From contig OZ252290.1 in the NCBI GenBank assembly GCA_965250105.1, positions 3,449,308 through 3,513,307 on the forward strand: a DNA stretch of 64,000 nucleotides. The letters are read 5' to 3'. Below the pieces are notes generated by a model. The model was not told the origin of the DNA, did no database searches, and saw only the letters and a list, made by a program, of their open reading frames with translations. Source of the DNA: Tepidamorphaceae bacterium (GTDB lineage Bacteria; Pseudomonadota; Alphaproteobacteria; Rhizobiales; Tepidamorphaceae). A program made the translations under genes and the position numbers. Positions 27,421 to 38,162 of the stretch are shown piece by piece; positions within the stretch are counted from its first letter, which is position 1, and each line of letters begins with the position of its first letter.

Positions 27421-28313
27421 CAGGCGTCATCCCAGCGCGGCGCGCGCTTGTCGATGAAGGCGGCGAAGCCTTCCTCGGCATCGCGCAGCATCAGATTGTC
27501 GACCATCACCTCGGTCATCAGCCGATAGGCGGTGTCGGTATCGGCCTCGGCCTGGCGATAGAAGGCTTTCTTGCCGAGGGATATCACGGCGGTCGATTTC
27601 GCCGCGATCTGCCGGGCGAGGTCGGTCGTCGCGTCCGTCAGCCTGTCCGCCGGCACGACCTCGTTGACGAGGCCCGCCTCGCAGGCTTCCTCGGCCGTCA
27701 TCAGCCGACCCGTGGTGAGGAGTTCGAAGGCCTTCTTGCGCTGGACATTGCGGGTCAGCGCGACCATCGGTGTCGAACAGAAGAAGCCGACATCGACACC
27801 GTTGACGCCGAAGCGCGCGCTGTCCGACGCGACGGCGAGATCGCATGTCGCCACGAGCTGACAGCCCGCAGCGACCGCGATCCCCTGCACCTCGGCGATC
27901 ACGGGCTGGGGCAGGTCGCGGATCCGCTGCATCAGGGCGTGGCAGGTCTTGAACAGCGTTTCGTAGAAGGCGCGGCCACGGTCGGGATCGTTGCGATGGC
28001 CCTGCATCTCCTTGAGATCGTGGCCGGCGCAGAAGCCGCGCCCGAGCGCCCGCAGCACGACGACGCGGCTCGTGCCGTCGTCGCGGATATGGTCGAGCGT
28101 GTCGATCAGTTCCGCCATGCAGTCGGCCGACAGCGTGTTGAAGGCCGCCGGCCGGTTCAGGGTGACGGTCGCGATCCCGTCATCGCCGCGCTCCAGCGCG
28201 AGCGCCGGCGGGTCGGCCATATGATCGTCCCGATGATCCTCGGCGCGGGCGTCCATGGTGTTTCCTTTCGACAGCATCCGCCAGGGCGGATATCTCGGAG
28301 GCAGGGCAGCCAT
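27420..28313 (-). CDS. Enoyl-CoA hydratase/isomerase (crotonase) family protein
   Basis: Contains IATVTLNRPAAFNTLS, VVVLRALGRGFCAGHDLKEM and IAEVQGIAVAAGCQLVATCDL. The true start is probably an internal Met (MDARAEDH or MADPPAL). Confidence 0.85.
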   Translation of the reverse strand: MAALPPRYPPWRMLSKGNTMDARAEDHRDDHMADPPALALERGDDGIATVTLNRPAAFNTLSADCMAELIDTLDHIRDDGTSRVVVLRALGRGFCAGHDLKEMQGHRNDPDRGRAFYETLFKTCHALMQRIRDLPQPVIAEVQGIAVAAGCQLVATCDLAVASDSARFGVNGVDVGFFCSTPMVALTRNVQRKKAFELLTTGRLMTAEEACEAGLVNEVVPADRLTDATTDLARQIAAKSTAVISLGKKAFYRQAEADTDTAYRLMTEVMVDNLMLRDAEEGFAAFIDKRAPRWDDA

Positions 28314-28479
28314 CGCGGGATAGGCGATGGCGCGTCTTGCCGCTCGGCGGACGGCGCGGCATTTTGTCGGACGCTACGCAAAAAGTCGACCTTGGTCCGG
28401 CCGATCCCGGCAAGCGGCATCGACCGGATGAACTAGGGCCAAACGGACGGCGGTTAGCCGGCAGGGGAGCGGCGCGCGC

Positions 28480-28935
28480 ATGGATCAGACATTGGACAGG
28501 ACGGCGGGGACGGGATCGAAAATGACGGCCGACGAGTTGAACGCCTATCTCGACGAGGTGTTCCCGCAGATGCATGAGGGCGGGCGCACCCATGTTGTCG
28601 AGAAAGCGGGCGGCATGTTCGCCCGTATCCGGATGCGCTATCACGACCGGCACTTGCGCCCCGGCGGCACGATTTCCGGGCCGTCGATGATGGCGCTCGC
28701 CGATTTCGCGCTCTATGTCGCGATCCTGGCCGAGATCGGCAAGGTGCCGCTGGCGGTGACGACCAATCTGTCGATCAACTTCCTGCGCAAGCCCGCGCAA
28801 AGCGATCTTCTCGGCGATTGCACGCTTCTCAAGGTCGGCCAGCGACTGGCCATCGGCGAGGTGGCGATCCGCTCGGACGGCGTCGACGATCTCGTCGCCC
28901 ATGTCGTCGGCACTTATTCGATCCCGCCGCGCTGA
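28480..28935 (+). CDS. PaaI/hotdog-fold thioesterase family protein
   Basis: This protein of about 140-150 aa carries HLRPGGTISGPSMMALADFALYVAI and a C-terminal beta-sheet region typical of the 4HBT/PaaI fold. An alternative start is at 28522. Confidence 0.65.
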   Translation: MDQTLDRTAGTGSKMTADELNAYLDEVFPQMHEGGRTHVVEKAGGMFARIRMRYHDRHLRPGGTISGPSMMALADFALYVAILAEIGKVPLAVTTNLSINFLRKPAQSDLLGDCTLLKVGQRLAIGEVAIRSDGVDDLVAHVVGTYSIPPR

Positions 28936-29200
28936 GCCGGATACGGGCGCTGGGATGGGGTATTTTAATACCTCATTTCTAATTCTCTGACGGATTTGAT
29001 CTTTTTCGCCCGCTATTGGTTCGAAAGAGCTTGACCCGTGCCGGAGAAGCCGTTATCTCCCGGCTACCTGCGGGTCGGGCGCGTGTGCTCGATGGCAATC
29101 GACCGGTCGACGCGGCCCGCATCATCCATCTCATCGCCGATGCCGGATCATGGACGTTTCCCCTGATCGCGCCGGCATCGTGGTCAGCAGGAGCGGTTAC

Positions 29201-29683
29201 GTGACGCTTCCAGATAACAGAACGTTTTCGGCCAAGCCCGCCGAGGTCGAGAAGGACTGGGTCGTGATCGACGCCGAGGGTCTCGTCGTCGGCCGGCTCG
29301 CGGCGCTCATCGCGCTGCGCTTGCGTGGCAAGCACAAGCCGATCTTCACCCCGCATGTCGATTGCGGCGACAATGTCGTGGTGATCAACGCGGAGAAGGT
29401 GGTGTTCACCGGCCGCAAGCGGTCCGACAAGGTCTATTACTGGCATACCGGCTATCCCGGCGGCATCAAGCAGCGCACCGCGCGCGAGCTGATCGAGGGC
29501 CGGTTCCCCGACCGGGTCCTGAAGAAGGCCGTTCAGCGCATGCTGCCGCGCGGACCTCTCGGCCGGCGCCAGCTCAAGAACCTCAAGATCTATGCCGGCC
29601 CCGAGCATCCGCACGAGGCGCAGCAGCCCACCCCGCTCGACGTCAAGTCGATGAACCGCAAGAATGTCGGAGTTGCCGCATGA
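29201..29683 (+). CDS. rplM: 50S ribosomal protein L13
   Basis: Contains [27 protein letters not shown]...[31 protein letters not shown] at 29201 lies 5 nt after AGGAGCGG. The track start at 29150 is probably upstream of the true start. Confidence 0.9.
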   Translation: MTLPDNRTFSAKPAEVEKDWVVIDAEGLVVGRLAALIALRLRGKHKPIFTPHVDCGDNVVVINAEKVVFTGRKRSDKVYYWHTGYPGGIKQRTARELIEGRFPDRVLKKAVQRMLPRGPLGRRQLKNLKIYAGPEHPHEAQQPTPLDVKSMNRKNVGVAA

Positions 29684-30162
29684 GCGAGACCGAAATCCGT
29701 TCGCTGGAAGATCTCGGCGGCGCGCTCGACACGCCGGTCGACGGCGCGCCCGTCCACGTCCAGAAGCTCGACGCCCAGGGTCGCGCCTATGCCACCGGCA
29801 AGCGCAAGGACGCCATCGCGCGCGTCTGGATCAAGCCGGGACCGGGCCGCATCCAGATCAATGGCCGCGACTTCGAGACCTATTTCGCCCGGCCCGTCCT
29901 GCGCATGCTGTTGCAGCAGCCGCTGGTCCTCGCCGACCGCGTCGGCCAGTATGACATCTTCTGCTCGGTCGCCGGCGGCGGCCTTTCCGGCCAGGCGGGC
30001 GCGGTGCGCCACGGGCTAGCCAAGGCGCTGACCCATTACGAGCCGGAACTGCGCCCCGTCCTCAAGAAGCAGGGCTTCCTGACCCGCGATGCGCGCGTCG
30101 TCGAGCGAAAGAAGTATGGCCGCCGCAAGGCTCGCCGCAGCTTCCAGTTCTCGAAGCGCTGA
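29680..30162 (+). CDS. rpsI: 30S ribosomal protein S9
   Basis: Contains [17 protein letters not shown]...[19 protein letters not shown]...[26 protein letters not shown]. The ATG overlaps the rplM stop (ATGA). Confidence 0.95.
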   Translation: MSETEIRSLEDLGGALDTPVDGAPVHVQKLDAQGRAYATGKRKDAIARVWIKPGPGRIQINGRDFETYFARPVLRMLLQQPLVLADRVGQYDIFCSVAGGGLSGQAGAVRHGLAKALTHYEPELRPVLKKQGFLTRDARVVERKKYGRRKARRSFQFSKR

Positions 30163-30184
30163 TCCCAGCCGCATCGAAACGGAC

Positions 30185-30213
30185 AAGGCGGGCCCAGGCG
30201 GCCCGCCTTTTTC
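30185..30213 (+). terminator. Intrinsic terminator after rpsI
   Basis: AAGGCGGGCC-CAGGC-GGCCCGCCTT is followed by TTTC. Confidence 0.8.
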
Positions 30214-30312
30214 ATATGGCCTAGGGCCCACGTGCTCTTGAGGCAGGCATTTATCCGAGCGCAAGGCGCCAATCCGAACCGGCGGCGTCTCGTTTCACAA
30301 GGGAGAACCGGC

Positions 30313-31380
30313 ATGGCGCGGCAAACCGATGCCACCAAACTGCGGATCGGCGTGCTCGGCGCGTCGGGCTATACCGGCGCCGATCTCGTGCGCCTGGCGC
30401 TGACGCATCCGGCGCTCGAGATTACCGTGCTGACGGCCAATTCCCATGCCGGCAAGGCGATGGAGGCCGTGTTCCCGCATTTCGCGGGCTATGGCCTGCC
30501 CGATCTCGTCACCACGGACGCGGCCGACTGGAGCGTCGTCGACGCGGTGTTCTGCGGCCTGCCGCACGGCACGACGCAGGATGTCCTGCGCGACGTCTTC
30601 ACGCGCTATCCGGCGCTCAAGCTCATCGACCTGTCGGCCGATTTCCGGCTGCGCGATGCGGGCGTCTATGCCGACTGGTATGGCCGGGCGCACAGCGCGA
30701 CCGATATCCAGCCCGAGGCGGTCTACGGCCTGACAGAGCACTATCGCGCGGCGATCGCGTCGGCCCGCCTCGTCGCCTGTCCCGGCTGCTATCCGACGGC
30801 GGCGCTGTTGGGTCTGTTGCCGCTCGCCCAGGCCGGGCTGGTCGCGGCGGACGATATCGTCATCGACGCCAAGTCGGGCGTGTCCGGTGCCGGTCGGGGC
30901 CTCAAGGAAGGTTCGCTGTTCTGCGAGGCGGGCGAGGGGCTGTCGCCCTATGGCGTGACGGGTCACCGTCACATGCCGGAGATCGAGCAGGAACTCGCCG
31001 TCGCCTTCGGCCATGATCTGACGGTCAGCTTCACGCCGCATCTCGTGCCGATGAGCCGGGGCGAGCTGATGACCATGTATGTCCGGCTGACGGGTGATGC
31101 CACGGTGGCCGATCTGCGGGCCCGGCTGTCGGACGCCTATGCGAACGATGCCTTCGTCCATGTGTTGGCGGATGGCGTGGTACCGAAAACCCAGATGGCG
31201 CGCGGCTCGAACCGCTGCCTGATCAATGTCTTCGAGAGCCGCCTGCCGGGTCGCGCCATCGTCATCGCGACGCTCGACAATCTCGTCAAGGGATCGAGCG
31301 GGCAGGCGCTTCAGAACATGAATCTGATGTTCGGCCTCGACGAGACGCTGGGTCTCGACCAGGTCGCGCTGTTTCCCTGA
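30313..31380 (+). CDS. argC: N-acetyl-gamma-glutamyl-phosphate reductase
   Basis: Contains LRIGVLGASGYTGADLVRL and the active-site region VACPGCYPTAALL. The ATG at 30313 follows GGGAGA. Confidence 0.9.
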   Translation: MARQTDATKLRIGVLGASGYTGADLVRLALTHPALEITVLTANSHAGKAMEAVFPHFAGYGLPDLVTTDAADWSVVDAVFCGLPHGTTQDVLRDVFTRYPALKLIDLSADFRLRDAGVYADWYGRAHSATDIQPEAVYGLTEHYRAAIASARLVACPGCYPTAALLGLLPLAQAGLVAADDIVIDAKSGVSGAGRGLKEGSLFCEAGEGLSPYGVTGHRHMPEIEQELAVAFGHDLTVSFTPHLVPMSRGELMTMYVRLTGDATVADLRARLSDAYANDAFVHVLADGVVPKTQMARGSNRCLINVFESRLPGRAIVIATLDNLVKGSSGQALQNMNLMFGLDETLGLDQVALFP

Positions 31381-31416
31381 GGTCCGCTTGATCCGCCGCG
31401 CACAGGCGCGATCGGC

Positions 31417-33276
31417 TCAGGAGTGCACCTTCACATAGGTGCCTGGCGCGTCCTCGATCGCGGCATATTTCTTCGTCGCGCCTGGTGTCCGAGCCTTCAC
31501 GCGGGCTGCGTCCTTGTCCTCAATCCAGGCCTGCCAGTGCGGCCACCAGGAGCCGGGGGTTTCCTCGGCCTTGGCAATCCAGTCCTCGAGCGCGCCTTCG
31601 GCCGGGCCGTTCGTCCAATACTGATACTTGGTCTTGCTCGGCGGGTTGACGACGCCGGCGATATGGCCCGAGCCGGACAGGACATAATCGACCGGGCCGC
31701 CGAAGGATTGCGAGCCGATGAAGACCGATTTCGCCGGCGCGATGTGATCTTCCCGCGTCGCGAGATTGTAGATCGGTATCGTGACCTTGGAGAGGTCGAT
31801 AGGCGTGCCGCTGATCTCCATCTTCCCCTTGGACAGATTATTCAGGTGGTAGCACTGGCGGAGGTAGAAGCTGTGGTTCTCGGCCGGCATGCGCGTGGTG
31901 TCCGAGTTCCAGTAGAGAAGGTCGAAGGGGATCGGCTTGCGGCCCTTGAGATAGTTGTTGATGACATAGGGCCAGATCAGGTCATTGGCGCGCAGCATGT
32001 TGAAGGCCGTCGCCATGCGGCTGCCCTCGAGATAGCCCTTCTCGCTCATCGCGTCTTCCAGCGCTTCGAGCTGTTCTTCATCGACGAAGACCTTGAGATC
32101 GCCGGCGAATTCGAAGTCGACCTGGGTCGCCAGGAAGGTGGCGGAGGCGATGCGGTCGTCGCCCAGCGCGGCCATGTAGCCGAGCGTGACGCCGAGCAGC
32201 GTGCCGCCGACGCAATAGCCCATCGCATTGACCGATTTCTGCCGCGTGATGCCGCGGATGACGTCGAGGGCGGCCATGGGCCCCTCGGTCACATAATCGG
32301 CGAAGGTCTTCTCCGACAGCCGCTCGTCGGGATTGACCCAGGAGACGACGAAGACGGTGTGGCCCTGGTCGACCGCCCAGCGGACGAAGCTCTTCTCCGG
32401 CGTCAGATCGAGGATGTAGAACTTGTTGATCCAGGGCGGCACGATGAGAAGCGGCCGCTTGAGCACCGTTTCGGTCGCCGGCGCGTACTGGATCAGCTGC
32501 ATCAGGTCGTTCTGGAAGACCACCTTGCCCGGCGTCACCGCGAGATTGACGCCGACGCCGAAGCCTTCCGGATCCGACTGGCGCAGGCGTAGTTCGCCAT
32601 TGCCGCGCTCGATGTCCTCGGCCAGCATGCGCATGCCGCGCACCAGATTGTCGCCATTGGTTTCAAGCGTCTCGCGCAACAGTTCCGGATTGGTCATCAC
32701 GAAGTTCGACGGCGCCATGGCGGCCGCGATCTGGCGCACATAGAACTGCGCCTTGTGCTTGGTGTGCGCGTCGATCTCGTCGGTGCGGTCGACCAGATCC
32801 TCGGCCCAGCGCGAGGTTACGAGATAGATCTGCTTGTAGAAATCGAACAGCGGGTGGTCGGACCAGTCGGGATCGCGGAACCGGCGGTCGCCCGGATCGG
32901 GTTCGGTGACCGGTCGCATCGTCTCGCCGGCGAGCCGGTGCACCGTGCGCCGCCAGATTTCGAGATAGCTGCTCATCAGCGAGGTCTGCGCCTCGATGGC
33001 CTTCTTGGGATCGGCCATCCAGCGCTCGGCGACCGAGGCCAGCGTCTTGATCGCCTGATTGGTCTCGGCCTGGGTCAGCGGCGTATAGCCGCCATCGGTC
33101 GTATTGCCGATCAGGGCTGCGATCGCGCGATTGCTCTCCTCGGCCAGCTGCGCGAGATTGCGCGACATCGCTTCGGAATCCGACAAGGATGCCGGTCCGA
33201 AAGGCAAGTCCGGCGAGGGAGGGGGCGTGTTTCCATGCATGGCAACTCTCCGGAAGCTTGCCCCCGGTTTTGACAC
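31417..33276 (-). CDS. phaC: Class I poly(R)-hydroxyalkanoate synthase
   Basis: Contains RFRDPDWSDHPLFDFYKQIYL, PLLIVPPWINKFYILDL, and the lipase-box-like MGYCVGGTLL with the catalytic Cys. An alternative start (MHGNTPPP) is at 33240. Confidence 0.9.
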   Translation of the reverse strand: MSKPGASFRRVAMHGNTPPPSPDLPFGPASLSDSEAMSRNLAQLAEESNRAIAALIGNTTDGGYTPLTQAETNQAIKTLASVAERWMADPKKAIEAQTSLMSSYLEIWRRTVHRLAGETMRPVTEPDPGDRRFRDPDWSDHPLFDFYKQIYLVTSRWAEDLVDRTDEIDAHTKHKAQFYVRQIAAAMAPSNFVMTNPELLRETLETNGDNLVRGMRMLAEDIERGNGELRLRQSDPEGFGVGVNLAVTPGKVVFQNDLMQLIQYAPATETVLKRPLLIVPPWINKFYILDLTPEKSFVRWAVDQGHTVFVVSWVNPDERLSEKTFADYVTEGPMAALDVIRGITRQKSVNAMGYCVGGTLLGVTLGYMAALGDDRIASATFLATQVDFEFAGDLKVFVDEEQLEALEDAMSEKGYLEGSRMATAFNMLRANDLIWPYVINNYLKGRKPIPFDLLYWNSDTTRMPAENHSFYLRQCYHLNNLSKGKMEISGTPIDLSKVTIPIYNLATREDHIAPAKSVFIGSQSFGGPVDYVLSGSGHIAGVVNPPSKTKYQYWTNGPAEGALEDWIAKAEETPGSWWPHWQAWIEDKDAARVKARTPGATKKYAAIEDAPGTYVKVHS

Positions 33277-33348
33277 ATTGGGGCATTAGCGCCAAGTCCG
33301 TCACATTGGCTATCACATCGGTCCGTCAATGCTTGATAGGCATGAAAT

Positions 33349-33723
33349 ATGACAATCCGATCATCGCTCTTCGTTAGAACGCGGGGCAACGCCGAGTCCG
33401 ACGTCCGAAAAGCGTGGCGCGCGGCGGTCGCGGCGGCTTTGGTTTGCTGGCTAAGTGCCTGTGCCGACGCGACCGAGGAAATGATCATTCCGACCTTTCA
33501 GGAAACGCCGGACAATCTGCGCGAAGCGAGCCGGCCGGCACCGGGCATCTTCGCCACGCCGGACCGCGAGAGCGAACCGCTGACGCCGGCGGAGATCCAG
33601 GAAGCGATCAGCGAACTCGAAAACGCCCGCGAAGCGCTGCCACCCGCACCCGGCCGGCCGGCACCCGAGGCCGAAGCCAGCCAGGCCCCATCGTCGTCGG
33701 GACCGGTCGACCTGTCGCCATGA
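33349..33723 (+). CDS. Hypothetical secreted protein or lipoprotein, Pro/Ala-rich
   Basis: A signal-like segment carries the lipobox-like LSAC. The remainder is low complexity. I recognise no family. Confidence 0.4.
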   Translation: MTIRSSLFVRTRGNAESDVRKAWRAAVAAALVCWLSACADATEEMIIPTFQETPDNLREASRPAPGIFATPDRESEPLTPAEIQEAISELENAREALPPAPGRPAPEAEASQAPSSSGPVDLSP

Positions 33724-33904
33724 CCCAAGCCTCTGCCATGTCCGCGCCGACTGTTGTGGAGAAGCGGCGTGGCGCGGATCGCTAACGGGGGGAAGCGTGG
33801 CGCCGTCTCTTGCGCCTTACGGTCAAAACCGGCACAACCCCGTCGCGACAACCGGCCCCGACACCGCTCGCCTTTCCCGGCCGGTCCTTTGGAGACTGCA
33901 TCAC

Positions 33905-35251
33905 ATGACCGCGCCGCTGCGGATCGGAATTGCTGGACTGGGCACGGTCGGTGCCGCGACCGTGCGGCTTCTGCGCGACAATGCCGATCTCATCGCGGCG
34001 CGCGCCGGCCGGCCGATCGAGATCGTCGCGGTCTCGGCCCGCGACCGGTCGCGCGACCGGGGGATCGCGCTCGACGGAATCGACTGGGTGGATGATCCCG
34101 TCGCGCTGGCCCGCCGGGACGATATCGACGCTTTCGTTGAACTGATCGGCGGCGAGGCCGGGCCGGCCTTCGAAAGCGTGACGGCCGCGCTCGCGGCGGG
34201 CCGGCATGTGGTGACCGCCAACAAGGCGCTGCTCGCCCATCACGGCAATGATCTGGCGCGCACCGCCCAGGCCGCCGGTGCGGCGCTCCATTACGAGGCC
34301 TCGGTGGCGGGCGGCATCCCGATCGTCAAGGCGCTGCGCGAGGGCGCGGCCGCCAACCGCATCACCCGCGTCTTCGGCATTCTGAACGGCACCTGCAACT
34401 ACATCCTGACGCGGATGGAGCGCGAGGGCCTCGATTTCGAGACCTGCCTCGCCGAAGCCCAGCGGCTCGGCTATGCCGAAGCGGATCCAACCTTCGATAT
34501 CGGCGGCTTCGACGCCGCCCACAAGCTGGCCATCCTGGCGGCCCTTGCCTTCGGCACAGAGGTCGACATCGCCGGCGTTCATATCGAAGGCATTTCGTCG
34601 ATCACGCCGGCCGATCTCAAGGCCGCCGAGGAGCTCGGCTATCGCATCAAACTTCTCGGCGTCGCCCGCGTAACCCGAGCCGGCATCGAACAGCGCGTCA
34701 CGCCCACCATGGTGCCGCTGAGCGCCGCCATGGCCGAGATCCACGGTGTTCTGAACGCGGTCGCCTTCGACGGGGACGCGGTGCGCGAGGTGATGCTGGT
34801 CGGCCCCGGCGCCGGCGGCGATGCCACCGCCTCGGCGGTGGTCGCCGATCTGGTCGATCTCGCGCGCGGCCATGTGCCGCCGATGTTCGGCCGGTCGGCG
34901 GATGGCCTCGTCCGCGCCGGCTCGACCAAGATGCGCGAACATACCGGCTCCTATTACATGCGCCTTGCGGTGCACGACCGGCCAGGCGCCTTCGCGGCCA
35001 TCGCCACCCGCATGGCCGAGGCCGGCATCTCGCTCGAAAGCATCGTGCAGAAATCCGCCCATGACCTTGCCGATGACCCCGGCCAGCAGGGTGGCGACGG
35101 CATGGCCGGACAGGTCAGGCCGGTGGTGCTGATCACCCATGACACGACCGAGGCGCATATGCGCGCCGCCATGGCCGCCATCGAGAGCGACGGCCATGTC
35201 GCCGGAAAGCCTTACATGATCCGCATCGAACCGGCGGTCGACGTCGCCTGA
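33905..35251 (+). CDS. hom: Homoserine dehydrogenase
   Basis: Contains LRIGIAGLGTVG (NAD binding), GILNGTCNYILT, GYAEADPTFDIGGFDAAHKLAILA and a C-terminal ACT domain. The in-frame ATG is at 33905. Confidence 0.9.
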   Translation: MTAPLRIGIAGLGTVGAATVRLLRDNADLIAARAGRPIEIVAVSARDRSRDRGIALDGIDWVDDPVALARRDDIDAFVELIGGEAGPAFESVTAALAAGRHVVTANKALLAHHGNDLARTAQAAGAALHYEASVAGGIPIVKALREGAAANRITRVFGILNGTCNYILTRMEREGLDFETCLAEAQRLGYAEADPTFDIGGFDAAHKLAILAALAFGTEVDIAGVHIEGISSITPADLKAAEELGYRIKLLGVARVTRAGIEQRVTPTMVPLSAAMAEIHGVLNAVAFDGDAVREVMLVGPGAGGDATASAVVADLVDLARGHVPPMFGRSADGLVRAGSTKMREHTGSYYMRLAVHDRPGAFAAIATRMAEAGISLESIVQKSAHDLADDPGQQGGDGMAGQVRPVVLITHDTTEAHMRAAMAAIESDGHVAGKPYMIRIEPAVDVA

Positions 35252-35346
35252 GGCCCGTGCCGCCGGGTATCATGCGGCGAACATCCGATCGGGACGCGAC
35301 CGGACGCCAAGAGAGAATGACATCCACAGGAAGGAATGAGGGACCC

Positions 35347-36330
35347 ATGCCGGAAAGCGCCCCCCTGTCTCAGGTCATCGACCGTATCCTGACCCTTGAA
35401 CTGGTGCGCGTGACCGAGCGCGCCGCCGTCGCGGCGGCCCGGTTGCGCGGGCGCGGCGACGAGAAGGCCGCCGATCAGGCCGCCGTCGACGCGATGCGGC
35501 GCGAACTGAACCGGCTGCCCATTCGCGGCACGGTGGTGATCGGCGAGGGCGAACGCGATTCGGCGCCGATGCTCTATATCGGCGAAGAAGTCGGGACCGG
35601 GCAGGGCCCCGAGGTCGATATCGCGCTCGATCCCCTGGAAGGCACCACGATCTGTGCCAAGGACCTGCCCAATTCGCTGGCCGTGATCGCGCTCGCCGAG
35701 GCCGGCAGCCTGCTCAACGCGCCCGATGTCTATATGGACAAGATCGCGATCGGTCCCGGCTATCCCAAGGACGTGGTCGATCTCGACGCCTCGCCGGAAG
35801 ACAATATCGCGGCCCTCGCCAAGGCGAAGGGCGTCGATGCCGAGCATGTCACCGCCTGCATCCTCGACCGGCCCCGCCATGCGGCCCTGATCGAGGCGGT
35901 GCGGCGCACCGGCGCCGGCATCCGGCTGATCGGCGATGGCGATATCGCCGGCGTGATCCATACGACCGACACCGAGGAAACCGGCATCGACATCTATCTC
36001 GGCACCGGCGGGGCGCCCGAAGGCGTTCTCGCGGCCGCCGCCTTGCGCTGCATCGGCGGGCAGATGCAGGGCCGGCTCGTGCTCGACAGCAAGGAAAAGC
36101 GCGATCGCGCCAAGGCGATGGGCATCGACGATCCCGACCGCAAATATGCCATGGAGGAAATGGCGCGCGGCGATGTCCTGTTCGCCGCGACCGGCGTCAC
36201 CGACGGCAACATGCTCGACGGTGTGCGCTTCGGCCCCAAGATCAAGACGCATACGGTCGTCATGCGGTCGTCGACCAAGACCGTCCGCCACATCTCGGCC
36301 GAACACCAGGACGGCAGCAAGTTCGGCTGA
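35347..36330 (+). CDS. glpX: Class II fructose-1,6-bisphosphatase (GlpX)
   Basis: Contains LELVRVTERAAVAAARLRGRGDEKAADQAAVDAM, GEGERDSAPMLYIGE and DIALDPLEGT. I prefer the ATG at 35347. The track start is 35257. Confidence 0.85.
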   Translation: MPESAPLSQVIDRILTLELVRVTERAAVAAARLRGRGDEKAADQAAVDAMRRELNRLPIRGTVVIGEGERDSAPMLYIGEEVGTGQGPEVDIALDPLEGTTICAKDLPNSLAVIALAEAGSLLNAPDVYMDKIAIGPGYPKDVVDLDASPEDNIAALAKAKGVDAEHVTACILDRPRHAALIEAVRRTGAGIRLIGDGDIAGVIHTTDTEETGIDIYLGTGGAPEGVLAAAALRCIGGQMQGRLVLDSKEKRDRAKAMGIDDPDRKYAMEEMARGDVLFAATGVTDGNMLDGVRFGPKIKTHTVVMRSSTKTVRHISAEHQDGSKFG

Positions 36331-36361
36331 CCCGGCGGTGCCGGGCGTGTAGCATCTGCTA

Positions 36362-38140
36362 ATGGCGACCGAACCGAGGCCCTTTCTGGACGTCGCGACG
36401 TCCGTCACCGGCAAGACATGGGTCGACGCCCTGTCGGCGCCCGAGCGCGCCCAGGCCGAAGCACTGGTGCAGCGGACCGGCCTGCCGGACACGCTGGCGC
36501 GGGTTCTGATCGCGCGCGGTGTCGCGCCCGAGGCGGCCGAGGCCTATCTCGACCCGAAACTCAAGACATTGATGCCGGATCCGCTCGTCCTCGCCGACAT
36601 GGACAAGGCGGCCGAGCGGTTGATCCAGGCGGTCGATGCTGGCGAGGCCATCGTCATCTTCGGCGATTACGATGTCGACGGCGCCACATCCTCGGCGCTT
36701 CTGTGGCGGTTTTTGAAGGCGCTTGGGGTGACCGCCGAGATCCGTATTCCCGACCGGCTGCTCGACGGCTATGGGCCGAACGACGCGGCCATCGAGGAGA
36801 TCGCGGCGCGCGGCGGGCAGCTTCTGGTGACCGTCGATTGCGGCACCACCTCCTTCTCGGCGCTCGACCGCGCCCGCGTGCTGGGGCTCGATACGATCGT
36901 CCTCGACCACCATCAGGCTGAGACGGCGTTGCCCGAGGCCGTGGCGCTGGTCAATCCCAACCGGCAGGACGACCTGTCCGATCTCGGCCATCTCGCCGCC
37001 GTGGGCATCGTTTTCATGGTGCTGGTCGAGATGTCACGGCGGCTGAGGGCGCGTGGGCAGGCCGATCTGCCGGATCTGATGGGCCTTCTGGATCTCGTCG
37101 CGCTCGGCACGGTGGCCGATGTGGCGCGCCTGCGCGGCCTCAACCGCGCTTTCGTGCGCCAGGGGCTCCGATTGTTGCAGGCGCCGGACAAGTCCGGCCT
37201 CAATGCGCTGATGCGGGTCGCGCGCGTGCAGGGGCCGGTCACCGCCTATCATCTCGGCTTTCTGCTCGGCCCGCGCATCAATGCCGGCGGGCGCATCGGT
37301 GATGCGAGCCTCGGCGCGCGCCTATTGACGCTCGACGATCCGGTCGAGGCCGAAGCTATCGCCCAGCGGCTCGACGAGCTGAACAGCGAGCGCCAGGCGC
37401 TCGAAGCGGGTTTGCTGGAGGATGCGGTGGCGCAGGTCGAGGCGCGCGGCCTGTCCGATCAGCCCGTCATCGTCGTATCCGGCGCGGCCGACTGGCATCC
37501 GGGGCTTCTCGGCCTCGTCGCCGCGCGCCTGAAGGAACGCTACAACCGGCCGGCGGTCGCGATCGGCTTCGATGGAGCGCGGGGGACTGGATCAGCGCGC
37601 TCGATCTCGGGCGTTGACCTTGGCGCCGCGGTGCGGGCGCTTGTCCGCGATAGTGTTCTGGTCAAAGGCGGTGGCCATGCCATGGCGGCTGGGCTGACGG
37701 TCATGGAGGCCGAACTGCCACGTCTCAAGGCGGGCTTGGCAGCGCATCTCGCCGAGGATGTGTCCGACGCGGTGGCCCGGTCGTCGACCAGGGTCGACGG
37801 CGCGCTGACGGCGGCGGGCGCGACGCGCGATCTCTGTGATCTCCTCGACCGCGCCGGCCCGTATGGCGCCGGCAATCCCGAACCCGTCTTCGCCTTTCCC
37901 GCCCATCGGCTGTCGGCCTCCCCGGTCAAGGGCGGGCATATTCGCCTGCGCCTGCGGGCCGGCGATGGCGCGTCGGTCTCCGGCATCGCCTTTCGCGCCG
38001 AACAGACCGCTTTGGGCGATGCCTTGCTTGCGGGGCGAGACCGTCCGGTCCATCTTCTTGGCGTTTTGCGCCGCGATCGGTATGGCGGGCGCGACGATGT
38101 CGTCGTCACCGTCCGCGACGCGGCGTTTCCGACGGCCTGA
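36362..38140 (+). CDS. recJ: Single-stranded-DNA-specific exonuclease RecJ
   Basis: DHH motifs IVIFGDYDVDGATS, VTVDCG and VLDHH are present, with a DHHA1 region GGGHAMAAGL. Confidence 0.9.
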   Translation: MATEPRPFLDVATSVTGKTWVDALSAPERAQAEALVQRTGLPDTLARVLIARGVAPEAAEAYLDPKLKTLMPDPLVLADMDKAAERLIQAVDAGEAIVIFGDYDVDGATSSALLWRFLKALGVTAEIRIPDRLLDGYGPNDAAIEEIAARGGQLLVTVDCGTTSFSALDRARVLGLDTIVLDHHQAETALPEAVALVNPNRQDDLSDLGHLAAVGIVFMVLVEMSRRLRARGQADLPDLMGLLDLVALGTVADVARLRGLNRAFVRQGLRLLQAPDKSGLNALMRVARVQGPVTAYHLGFLLGPRINAGGRIGDASLGARLLTLDDPVEAEAIAQRLDELNSERQALEAGLLEDAVAQVEARGLSDQPVIVVSGAADWHPGLLGLVAARLKERYNRPAVAIGFDGARGTGSARSISGVDLGAAVRALVRDSVLVKGGGHAMAAGLTVMEAELPRLKAGLAAHLAEDVSDAVARSSTRVDGALTAAGATRDLCDLLDRAGPYGAGNPEPVFAFPAHRLSASPVKGGHIRLRLRAGDGASVSGIAFRAEQTALGDALLAGRDRPVHLLGVLRRDRYGGRDDVVVTVRDAAFPTA

Positions 38141-38162
38141 CGCGCGAGGGGAGGGCACCGGC

